64,000 nucleotides of DNA from Eledone cirrhosa (GCA_964016885.1 OZ024744.1:65782001-65846000); one strand, 5' to 3'; counted from the stretch's first letter, positions 25,824 through 38,325 are shown. The notes: generated from the letters alone by a model not told the origin. Numbers and translations are program-made.

Positions 25824-27207
25824 ATAGGTGTCATGACAAAAAGCACCCAGCCCACACTGTAAACTGGTTGTGTAGGTGGCATGACTAAAAGCACCCAGCC
25901 CACACTGTAAACTGGTTGTGTAGTTGGCATGACTAAAAGCACCCAGTACTCACTGTAAACTGGTTGTGTAGTTGGCATGACTAAAAGCACCCAGTACTCA
26001 CTGTAAACTGGTTGTGTAGTTGGCATGACTAAAAGCACCCAGTACTCACTGTAAACTGGTTGTGTAGTTGGCATGACTAAAAGCACCCAGTACTCACTGT
26101 AAACTGGTTGTGTAGTTGGCATGACTAAAAGCACCCAGTACTCACTGTAAACTGGTTGTGTAGTTGGCATGACTAAAAGCACCCAGCCCACACTATAAAG
26201 TGGTTGTGTAGGTGTCATGACTAAAAGCACCCAACCCACACTGTAAGGTGGTTGTGTAGGTGGCATGACTAAAAGCACCCAGCCCACACTGTAAGGTGGT
26301 TGTGTAGGTGGCATGACTAAAAGCACCCAGCCCACACTGTAAGGTGGTTGTGTAGGTGGCATGACTAAAAGCACCCAGCCCACACTGTAAACTGGTTGTG
26401 GAGGTGGCATGACTAAAAGCACCCAGCCCACACTGTAAACTGGTTGTGGAGGTGGCATGACTAAAAGCACCCAGCCCACACTGTAAAGTGGTTGTGGAGG
26501 TGGCATGACTAAAAGCACCCAACCCACACTGTAAGGTGGTTGTGTAGGTGGCATGACTAAAAGCACCCAACCCACACTGTAAGGTGGTTGTGTAGGTGGC
26601 ATGACTAAAAGCACCGAGCCCACACTGTAAAGTGGTCATGTAGGTGTCATGACAAATGGCAGCCAGTCTACACTATAAGGTGGTCATGTAGGTGTCATGA
26701 CAAATGGCAGCCAGCCTACACTATAAGGTGGTCATGTAGGTGTCATGACAAATGGCAGCCAGCCTACACTATAAGGTGGTCATATAGGTGTCATGACAAA
26801 TGGCAGCCAGCCTACACTATAGGGTGGTCATGTAGGTGTCATGACAAATGGCAGCCAGCCTACACTATAAGGTGGTCATATAGGTGTCATGACAAATGGC
26901 AGCCAGCCTACACTATAAGGTGGTCATGTAGGTGTCATGACAAATGGCAGCCAGCCTACACTATAAGGTGGTCATATAGGTGTCATGACAAATGGCAGCC
27001 AGCCTACACTATAAGGTGGTCATGTAGGTGTCATGACAAATGGCAGCCAGCCTACACTATAAGGTGGTCATATAGGTGTCATGACAAATGGCAGCCAGCC
27101 TACACTATAAGGTGGTCATGTAGGTGTCATGACAAATGGCAGCCAGCCTACACTATAAGGTGGTCATATAGGTGTCATGACAAAAAGCACCCAGTACTCA
27201 CTGTAAA
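25824..27207 (+). repeat. 48-bp minisatellite, about 29 units in two sequence phases
   Basis: Unit TAGGTGGCATGACTAAAAGCACCCAGCCCACACTGTAAACTGGTTGTG; gives the 16-aa periodic spurious ORFs. Confidence 0.95.
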
Positions 27208-27373
27208 TGAGGTTGGCGGTAGGAAAGGTATCTAACTGTAGAAACCAAACCAAAATTAGTTCTGTATGAGCAAGACATGGTCACCTGACCTGTCATTGCT
27301 CACAACAGGACAACTCGTCTAACCCATGCTAGCATGGGAAAATGGATGTTAAACGGTTATGATGATGCTGATG
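27170..27373 (+). mobile_element. RTE LINE 3' terminal segment with (GAT)n tail
   Basis: Reverse-complement match to 15300-15500. Confidence 0.85.
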
Positions 27374-28061
27374 ACTGGGATCCATTGCCATAAGGTTTTC
27401 TGAAGCTTTTGTAGCTTTCTATTCATTATTGATATGCTCCAGTTCTTTGTTGAGATTCGGGTCAGTGAGATCATCAAATCTGCTGATGTTACACATCACA
27501 TGACTGGTCAAATATCTAGTATTTCCCCAGTTCTGTGGATCAATGGTATCTTCATTTACACCTTTGTAAACACACCAGGATTGAATATCATTGACCTTTT
27601 GTCTTGGCAAAATAACATGGAGAGAGAGAGATTTGCCCAGTTCTATGCAAATATGTCTCTCTTCTACTCCTTTGAGAGAGAGAGAGGAGTTCTATGCAAA
27701 TATGTCTCTCTCCCTTCCTCTCCTTTGACAGAGAGAGAGAAAGAGAAAGAAGGAGTGAGAGAGAGAGAAGGTGTGTGTGTGTGAGAGAGAGAGTGTTTCA
27801 GTATATTCAACATAGTCTGATAAAGTACTATTAATTATATAGATTATTTAATTATTAATTATATAATTATATAAATAAATAAATAAAAAATAAAGTACCA
27901 GTAATGCACTGGGTAATTGCTGGCCTTGTGCCTAAAGTAGAAACAATTAATTAGTAATAAATGATAGTACTTTATCAGACTATGTTGAATATGCTGAAAC
28001 ACTCTCTCACACACACACACACACCTTCTCTCTCTCTCACTCCTTCTTTCTCTTTCTCTCT

Positions 28062-28255
28062 GGTGGATTGGCAGTATTGGTAGAGTGTCGGACGCCATGC
28101 TTTGGCGCATAGAGTTACGGCCCTTGCCATTCTGAGTTCAAATCCCGCCGAGGTTAACTTTGCCTTTCATCCTTACGGGGGTCGATAAAATAAAGTACCA
28201 GTAATACACTGAGTAATTGCTGGCCTTGTGCCTAACGTAGAAACAATTAATTAGT
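28062..28255 (+). mobile_element. tRNA-derived SINE family A, full copy
   Basis: A box TGGCAGTATTGG, B box GAGTTCAAATCC, core GCCTTTCATCCTTACGGGGTCGATAAAATAAAGTACCAGT, tail GGCCTTGTGCCxAAAGTAGAAACA(ATT)n. Other copies near 1-130, 2697-3326, 11667-11872(-), 12120-12251, 32525-32650, 39508-39632, 48680-48875(-), 50585-50766(-). Confidence 0.88.
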
Positions 28256-28925
28256 AATAAATGAACAACTTGACACAATACAATTAAAGCAATTTTATGT
28301 CAACTTTAATGTTATACAAGCACTGAAACATGGGATATATTTTATTAGTGATTTGTCCCATCCCATATCTCTCTTTTTGATTTTTTTTTTGTCTTCGTAT
28401 GTTAAAACAGTTTTAAATGTTGTTACACATATTTGTAGATGCAATAGTAGTGAAATCCTTGTGCAAAAGGAGTTCGTACTGATATATGTAATTATTTGAC
28501 AGACAAGCAATTAGTGCAAATATAAGCAAATTTTTAATGCCACATGCTTTTTTTAAAATTATTATTATTCATGAGAGGTCCTTTTTTTTACCTGGGGCAG
28601 GGGGGTGGGATAAATAACAGAAAAAAAAGAGCCCTCACCCCAAAAAACAAAAATAAAAACAAACAAACAAAAAGAAAACACAACCCCCTCCCACCACCAC
28701 CACCACTTGCCTCACTCAAGTACATGCCTTTTTATTTGTTAAAGCAATATTGAAAGATTTGTCTGAACAGGGATTTTGCTGACGTTTGTGTCTGTCTGTT
28801 GAGTACAATTTAGTATAAAATTAAGCAAATTTAAATGATATAATCGTTGATGTATGGCATACCTTTAATTTGGAGAAGAAAAAAATATATTCTTGATATA
28901 TATATGCATATATTATATATATATA

Positions 28926-29001
<76 letters not shown>

Positions 29002-29531
29002 TATATACATTATATATATATATATATATATATGATGTGTGTGTGTTGTGTGTGTGCATGAAAGCAGCACTGAAATCTCTTAGTCTGAAAGAAGTCAGTG
29101 TTGAAGGAAATAAATGTTTTGACAGGCAAGCAATTAGTTTTTAAATATAAGCAAACTTTTATCCTGTTATTTTTTTTTTTTGTGTTAAATATTTTTAAAA
29201 ATTATTTTGTTTAATTCATTGGAGATCTTTTAATTTGTAAAAACACCTGAATACATTTCTCTTGTACATGTGCATCTCTTGTACATGTGCATAAAAGCAA
29301 CATTGAAATTCTTATATGTGTGAAGTGTAGATGTAGATGTATATGATGTATGCAGCTTTATGCTGGGCAACAATCAGAGCAAATATAAGCAAACTTTTAT
29401 TGCCAGACACTCAGGAATACATGGAAGATCGTTTTATTAGGGAAACATCTTTAAAAGCAATATTGAAACTTCTGCTTCTGTCAGGGAAATTTAATTTCAT
29501 GATGGTGTATGTGCATATAAGGATCTGTGTT

Positions 29532-29564
<33 letters not shown>

Positions 29565-32016
29565 GTAATGATATACACATACACATATACATAGGTATAT
29601 GTGTATGTGATGCCCGCCTTAACCTCACAGCGATGGTGCACTTCTACAGTGCATAAGTTGCTGCAAATTTATTTGGCAAAACTGCATTCGGGACTTTGTA
29701 GAAAAAAATAGATATATTTTTGTCTATTATTTCCTCGCATTTTAAATTTGATATATTGATACATACATATATATAATATGCACTTGCATATGCACAAAGT
29801 CACAAAGATGCATTCACCTGCGATGTAGAGAAGCCATAAGCTAATTTCCCAGCCTAGTCCCATCATCTGATTCTCTAAGTTGCCCTACGCCAAACCAGGA
29901 GATCCTTGTTGGGTTTCAAGGATATAGGCACACAGTTAATATATTTCTCAAAGCATGCAAGATACATAGCTAATTGGTACTATCACTGAGAAAAACCAGT
30001 CTACTACACTAAGATAATACAAGCTGAACTTAGTCAATGCCTCTCCAGACAATGACAAACCTATTATGATCTAAGTGGCCTTACATGCTCCACTGGCTAT
30101 AAAAATTTAATTTAAAAAAAAAACACAAGTCCAGACCTATAAATTGGAGGAGGATTTTAACCTTTATACTTACATGTATGAGTGTGTGTCTATGTACAGC
30201 AAACTCATATATGCTCACACAAATTCATGTGCACATACACATGCACACCCACACTCACACACACACACATATATATATATATATCATACACTGATTTATT
30301 CAGACTAGTACCAGTTTCCTCATCATGGTCATTATAATCAAAAATATTTTGGCCATTTAACTCTCTATCCTTCTTCAGGTGCCTGTTGCATGATATTTGG
30401 TAATGTTATCAGAATTTCAAACTGAATCATTTATTCAAATCACTGAAGTAGATTGTCTATGCCCAGGATATCCTTGCATTAGTTATTTGTCATTTGTGAT
30501 ACCGTTTGTTCATTTCATTTCACATAAACTAGATAATATATGGGTACAATGATTCAGATATTGAACTAACACCTGCCAAATAAACTATCATAATTAACAC
30601 TTAATTAACACTTAATTAATGGTTTACTTAACTGTTGTCTTATAGGATGATGAGGTGATGGAAAGTAAGAACTCTAAATTAGAATTTTTAATGGTTTTGG
30701 GCGAAATGATCTCCTTTCCTTAACCCTTTAGCATTTAAACCGGCCATATCTAGCCAGAACTCTTTCACCCACCCCTTTTAGTTTAAACCGGCTGTAACTG
30801 CCGGCTACTCATACTAATGTTAAGGTATTGTTCTTAAAATAAATATCAGAATCTCATAGATTTGATATTATGTGAGAAAATACAATAGTAAATATAGAGT
30901 AATGTAAATGCTAAAAGGTTAATTGAAGGTTCCTATATGGTGTCCATATATGTGTTTGGTCTATGGGAGGGGTTATTAAAGTCAAGCATAAGATGAATAG
31001 AAAATCAGCGTGTATGTTTATTGCCGATGATTTCATCAGTAGTCTTAGCATAGGTATGAACATCAAATGGGAGACTTTAATTAACCTGTTCACTGCCACA
31101 TATATTTTACACAGCTACAGTTGCTGTGTTGGTTTTTTTTCAGTAAAATGATCATTTTGATTGATAAACATCACACCCCATCTAGCTTTGAAGTTATGAA
31201 CTATTGGAAATGAGTTCAAACTTGTTAAAACAAGTTATCTCAACTACCTCACTGAAAAGGTTAAGAAAGAGAGAGCATTAAACTAAAATCAATTAACAAA
31301 TTATTAGGATTAAAGTTCATAATTTCCATCACTTTATTACCTTATGGGAAAATCTAAGTCAAAAGTCTGTCTTAAGCCATTTAAGGCTCATTAGGCCAGT
31401 GCTTATCCCAGTTTCATAGTGTGAAGAAACTGAGAGTACAAGACTTCCCCTGGACAGGATGTCTGTCCATTGCAGGGTTAAACTCCCAGCTATTACTGGT
31501 GTTCATTTTCAGCTGAGTATACTGGAACAACATGAAATGAAGTGTTTTGTTCAAGAACACAACACACAACCCAGCCCAGGAATCGAACCCACGATATCAT
31601 GATCGTAAGTCCAGCACCCTTATCACTAGACCATGTTCCTCCACCATGGGAAAATAGCATTGACAATATAAATGCTGATTAAATGTTAAAGGTTTTAAAC
31701 TATCTGTATTATATATGGTGGCTGTGAGCCCAGTCCCTTGATCAGTTTAAATCAGCACAAACAAACAACAGCACAAGCAAACATTAACTAATAAGAACAT
31801 GTGATTTGAACAAAAGGCTGAGTTTGAAATCTCTGCGAACAGGCATCTTGAACAATGACCAAAATATGATGATAACTTAGCTAAGTACATTAATCAGAAT
31901 AAATCAGTTGATAGTGAATAAATTAGATTTTTCGTCCCAGAAATTCAGACAGTATAGATATATGAAGGTGTATACATACATGCACACATGCACACACACA
32001 TACATACACACATATG

Positions 32017-32051
<35 letters not shown>

Positions 32052-32168
32052 CATATATATATAACCATATTGTTAGAGTTAGTATTTTTTCACCCTAGCA
32101 AACCTGGTCCTTTACAATTCGAACACATGTATGTTTATATTTGTGTTTATCACTCTTGTATGTTCAAT

Positions 32169-32208
<40 letters not shown>

Positions 32209-33043
32209 TATATATATGTATGTATATATATATGTATATGAATATATATAACAGTTGGATCATGGTATAACCATTATTGCCATTAAAAAATGTCACATAT
32301 GCCAGTATAATATTTACTTTTATTATATTTTCCAATAGTATTATATATTTTATTGAGTATCATAGTATTGCATCATACACATCTATTATTGATTACTCTA
32401 CTGCATTATATATATACACAGTGTCCCACCCCCCACCAAAAAAATATATATACACATACTTCAATTCTTTGAAAAAAATGCATTAAAATAAATTCTGTTT
32501 TATATGCATTATTTACTTTTATTTACGTTCTGAGTTCAAATCCCACCGAGGGTAACTTTGCCTTTCATCCTTACAGGGTCGATAAAATAAAGTACCAGTA
32601 ATACACTGGGTAATTGCTGGCCTTGTGCCAAAAATAGAAACTATTATTTAAATTATGTAAACATTTTTGGGTGTTTACATACAATTGAATTATATCTGTA
32701 GATCATTTTATTTTTGGGAAAGGCTCTGCATTCTAATAAATATTACCTGTACAGCTAATCAAGGTAATGATACATTTTTGGGGGACAACCTGTATATATA
32801 TATATATGTACACACATACTCATATATATATATTTACATACTGTCGTTATGTCTTCCTGTTTTCTAAAGGTAATATTTGGTAGTAACTTCTTTGAAATAT
32901 TTACTGTCTACAGCTTAATTTTTCTCAATTTCAGAAGATTCTGCTTAGAGTGAAAGCAGAATTCTTTGCTTAACCTTTTAATCTATACTAATATATATAT
33001 ATGATACTATATACATATTTATATAGTGTAAGGAAACAACAAA

Positions 33044-33122
<79 letters not shown>

Positions 33123-33169
33123 TTTTGGGTTCAATCAGAGATAACCACAGTAAGTAAGGTACTCAATAC

Positions 33170-33270
33170 ATCATGTTTAATATAGAAATGGCTTCTACAG
33201 GACTAGAACTGTTTCATTCAAAAGGAATCAGTTCTAGTCCTGTAGAAACCATTTCTATATTAAACATGAT
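33170..33270. repeat. inverted repeat, 42-bp arms, 17-nt loop
   Basis: 33170-33211 vs 33229-33270, one mismatch. Confidence 0.93.
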
Positions 33271-33331
33271 ATATATACATATATAAATATAAATAAATAT
33301 ACACGGGTGTGTATGATTGTGTATAGAAGAT

Positions 33332-33694
33332 TATATTAATAAAAGGAATTCCAACTTTGTCTGATTTACTCGTTTTATTTACAATCCTTTAAAATTTATA
33401 ATGGTATTAGAATGAAATAGTATGATAGAATATTAAATGTTAAGTGTTAATTGAACAAGTACTTTCATGCTTTCACAATCTTCAGGTTCGTATTCTGTGG
33501 TGACAGTCTGAAAACTTGACTGTCACCACAGAATATGAACCTGAAGATTGTGAAAGCATGAAAGTACTTGTTCAATTAACACTTAACATTTAATATTCTA
33601 CCATACTATTTCATTCTAATACCATTATAATTTTTAAAGGATTGTAAATAAAACGAGTAAATCAGATAAAGTTGGAATTCCTTTTATTAATATA
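33332..33694. repeat. long inverted repeat, 177-bp arms, 9-nt loop
   Basis: 33332-33508 vs 33518-33694, about 4 mismatches. Confidence 0.95.
33536..33574 (+). ncRNA. minimal type I hammerhead ribozyme motif (mirror copy on - at 33452-33490)
   Basis: TGAAC-CTGAAGA-tTGTGAAAGCAt-GAAAGTACTT^-GTTCA: core, 5-bp stem I, 3-bp stem II with GAAA loop, palindromic stem III AAGTACTT. Confidence 0.65.
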
Positions 33695-34317
33695 TATATA
33701 TATGAGGGTGATTGGGACCTGATAAAGTTTGCCTCTTAATACTAGGTTGATTTTTATTATGTTATCATCTTTCTTTAGGGTGATTACATTTGGTTTAGGT
33801 TCATTTCCTTGTTATGGGTTTCAGGTTTTGTTGATTAGATATGAAATATTTAGTGACTGATTTTATTTGTGGCGGATGTAATATTATTTTGTTAAATTTT
33901 GTATTTTATGGCTTTGAACAGTATTTGTGTGGTGTGGGTCGTGGGTGCTTGGGTGTGTACTGTTTGTTTACTATTTTCTGCTTTAATTCGGTGGGGTTGT
34001 GAGGGAAATATTATTTTATACACACACACAAAGATCTTAACACAAATGCATGCTACCTAAGGTTACATAGATACACTATGTATGTTAGTTTAGTTATTTT
34101 CATCATCATTTTTTTTGTTCGATGATAACTAAACTATCAGATATACGATATCTATTTCCTACACTGGTTGAAGCTTGAAACCTAAGGTAGCATGCATTTA
34201 TGTTGAGATCTTATTCATATAATATATTTTGACTCAATATATTACATAGAACACTTTTTTTCCTTGATCTATTCTTCGGAAACTCTTGGCACTAATATAT
34301 ATATATATATATATATA

Positions 34318-34589
34318 TAGTTATGTAATAAACAACATAAGATAATTATTTCATTTACCAGTGGTTTCTTGAAAGCAGATATATCTACTTTCAGTCGTCA
34401 GAATGAATAAAAAATGGTGTTTTTATTAAATATGGATTTAATTTCATATTTCTTATATTTTGTTTTCAAATCCATATTTAATAAAAACACCATGTTTTAT
34501 TCATTCTGACGACTGAAAGCAGATATATCTGCTTTCAAAAAACCACTGGTAAATGAAATAATTATCTTAAGTTGTTTATTGCATAACTA
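34318..34589. repeat. inverted repeat, 122-bp arms, 28-nt spacer
   Basis: 34318-34439 vs 34468-34589. Confidence 0.95.
34350..34407 (-). ncRNA. type I hammerhead ribozyme motif
   Basis: Minus strand TTCATT-CTGACGA-cTGAAAGTAGATATATCTGCTTTCAa-GAAAC-CACTG-GTA^-AATGAA: complete core, 6-bp stem I, palindromic stem II, short stem III. Confidence 0.72.
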
Positions 34590-34893
34590 ATAAGCTCTGT
34601 AACCTACATAGAGCACTCTTTTTTCTTGTACCTTTCCGACGGAATTACTTCATTTACACGCACATATATATATATGTATATATATATATATAATTTTAAT
34701 CATCATGATAATCCTTATTTTATTGTATTATGTCCCTTTTTTGGTGCTGGAATGAAATGGGGTGGATGGGCTCTCGTTGTAGAACAAATCAGTACATTAT
34801 TGGAGCTAGTGTCTTAGAACCAGGTCATGGAACCACATCCTATTAGATAAGTCCCATGCGTGTGTATATATATATATACATATATATATATAT

Positions 34894-35002
34894 GAAAATG
34901 TTTAACCCCGATGGCAGAGCTCAAGCCGTTTTGACGGCTATTTCTGGTCCAGAAATAGCCGTCGAAACGGCTTGAGCTCTGCCATCGGGGTTAAACATTT
35001 TC
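34894..35002. repeat. near-perfect palindrome, 54-bp arms
   Basis: Centre at 34948, one mismatch. Confidence 0.95.
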
Positions 35003-35082
35003 CTTTACCCACTCTACTACCCTAAGTATTGAGTACTCTGGTGCGTTATGGTCCATCTGGTTCCTTATCACAACTCCTTCGT

Positions 35083-35113
<31 letters not shown>

Positions 35114-35379
35114 AAATGGAAGCAGTAAAAACTTGTTAGACATTACTCACCAAAGTACTCAATACTTGGTGTAGTAGAGAGTGCTAATATGAAAGAGCCG
35201 GGACCCCAACAGGTGAGCTCCTACCATTTGGAACTAGCTGTTGAAACAAAAGGAGCTCAGCCTTTGGGGTCACGACTCCTTCATATAATGTATATAGGAC
35301 AAAATGAAACAAAAGTTAAATATTGTGGTATATGTGTGATTGAAATGGCTACAGTGATTTACCTTGAGTCCACATATGT

Positions 35380-35440
35380 ATCTATCTATCTATTATCTTT
35401 CTATCTATCTATCTATTTATGTATCTATCTATCTATATAA

Positions 35441-35471
<31 letters not shown>

Positions 35472-36437
35472 AATACACATACAGATACATATATATATAA
35501 ATGCATACACACACACGTGCTCATACACATACACACACACACACAGATATATATATTTTTATATATCTTTATAATAATTAGTGTCTGCAGATTGCTTGCT
35601 GTTTTTTTTATTTTCTTGTATTTTTTTAATGTTTTTTTTTTTTGCTTTTGTTTTGTATTGTTTTGCTTAGTTTTGTCTTTGTTTTTTTTTTGTTGTTGTT
35701 GCTGTAGTGTCAGAATTGCGCTAAAATACACCTGTACTATTTATTATGCATTTAAGCAGTACACTTTAGGCATGAATAGAATATAAAACATTTGAATTAA
35801 AAGAAAAGTTTTAATAATGTTGGATATGTTGTGGCTAGTATCCTGAGCTTAGAAAATATCAAGATTTTTTTTGTTTTTAAAAATATTTATCAACACGGAC
35901 ACTTTCTCACTCACTCACACACTCAAATGCCCTTTCTCACTTACGTGCACGTTCACTCATGCTCCCACACTCAAACACACACACACTCATACATGCACGT
36001 GCTCAAACATGCACATGCTCTCACTAACACATGCATAACAACAAAAACACATTCAATTACACAACTCTCACACATACGTACACATACAATTAGATATATT
36101 TGTATGAATATGTGTTCATTGAAACACGCAAATACACATACACACATATTCCTATATATTTATATACAATGAAATATATATCTAATTATTTTTGTATATA
36201 TCATCATCATCATCATCATCATCATCATCTTCGTTTAAGGTCCACTTTCCACATATATATGCAGGTCTGTGTGTATGTGTGAGCATATATATTTATACAT
36301 ATAAATGTGTGTGTGTACATACACACACACACACACATATATATATATATGCACTCATATATGTATAAATATATACATTTACATATATATATATATATAT
36401 ATTTCATTCACCGATCATTTTAATGAATGAAATTATA

Positions 36438-36507
<70 letters not shown>

Positions 36508-37241
36508 CTGAATTTATTTATATATATATTTATACATGCAGACTCACATACATACATGCATATATACATACATACAAACATATACACACACATACATACA
36601 TATATACATTCATTACATACATTACATACATACATACATATATACACACACACACACATACACATATATATATATACATACAGTATCATGCATGTACTTA
36701 GTTTGATAGCAAAGCTTGCATACATACATTCAAGCCAGCAGTGAGAGATGAACAAACTAACATTTGTTTAAAAACAACCAAAAATAAAGGTTTAAAAAAA
36801 AAATAAAAGCTGGAAGCCCTTACTACACAAATGAGGGCCTTTATATGGTCTAAAGAAATATATGATGAAATTATGTCATTTGTTCAGGACAATGGTAAGG
36901 TACCATTTCAGTAGAATAATCAATGCAAATAGCAATTTAAATTACAAAAAAAAAAATAAAAAAAAAATAAACGTTTCGGGAGACAATTTCAAATACTTAA
37001 AGATAGCAAAACACCTCGTATGTTGCTAGGATTTTCATTATTTTTCATTAATTTTCAGTATTGTTTTATCATTATCGTTATTATCATTATTATTTGTTAT
37101 TATTCATTATTTTTTCATTATTATTATTATTATTATAGTCAAATTCCATTCTCTCATCTTGAAATCTTCTCATTGGTAAATTGGTAAAGTCAAGGAAAAT
37201 GAAGTTTAAAATTACACACACACACGCTTTCATATATATAT

Positions 37242-37281
<40 letters not shown>

Positions 37282-37408
37282 TGTATATATATATATATAT
37301 TATATATATATATAATATATATATATTATATATATATATACATATATATATATGTATATATATATGTACATATATATGTATAAATATATATATATATTAA
37401 TATATATA

Positions 37409-37449
<41 letters not shown>

Positions 37450-37818
37450 ATATATATATACACACACACATACATACATACAAAGAGAAAGAGAGTACAT
37501 ACACACATACACATGTTGTTAGAGACTCGGCTATGTACAAGTTTTAACTTTCTAATCAGATTTTTCTCATATTTTCTCATAAGTCCTTTGCGGCAACAAA
37601 GTTCCTAAATATATAATTTAATCAAGGTTTCTACACTTTCACAGTCTTATCATCAGGAGTGTTATTGTTTACTTACAAGAAAATATGAGAAAAATCCAAT
37701 AAAAAATGATACAATTCAAACATATTCATGTTTTTAACAACATATGTCTAAAGAAAAGCCATACTCCATATATACACACATATATATATATATCTATATA
37801 TATATATATACACACATG

Positions 37819-37867
<49 letters not shown>

Positions 37868-38325
37868 GTATATACATACACATATAGGTATATATACCTA
37901 TATATATATAATTTATACATACATATATATAATCACATGCATATTTATATATATATACATATGTATATATATATATAGATACACATGCACGCACACACAC
38001 ACACACATATATAATTCTATACATACATTTTCATATAATTATTTAGACACACATATACATAAATATAAATATATATACACACATATATATATACATAAAT
38101 AAAAATATATATTCGCAGGTATATAAATACATGTATGTGTGTGTGTGTATATATATATTTATATATATGTATATATATACACATATATTTATATACATAT
38201 ATATATATACATATATATACGTATATATATATATAGATATACGTATACATATATATATACATAGATACATACAAATAAACACACACACATACACACATAT
38301 ATAAATATATAGATATACATCTATG

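Noticed and set aside
25820-26639. 267-aa and 148-aa repetitive ORFs; CRISPR-like periodicity
   Set aside because: Pure 48-bp tandem repeat with no unique spacers; the ORFs exist because the unit length is a multiple of three.
33715-34015. Strand-skewed unique segment as a possible Penelope ORF fragment
   Set aside because: No recognisable RT or GIY-YIG motif by eye; needs tBLASTx.
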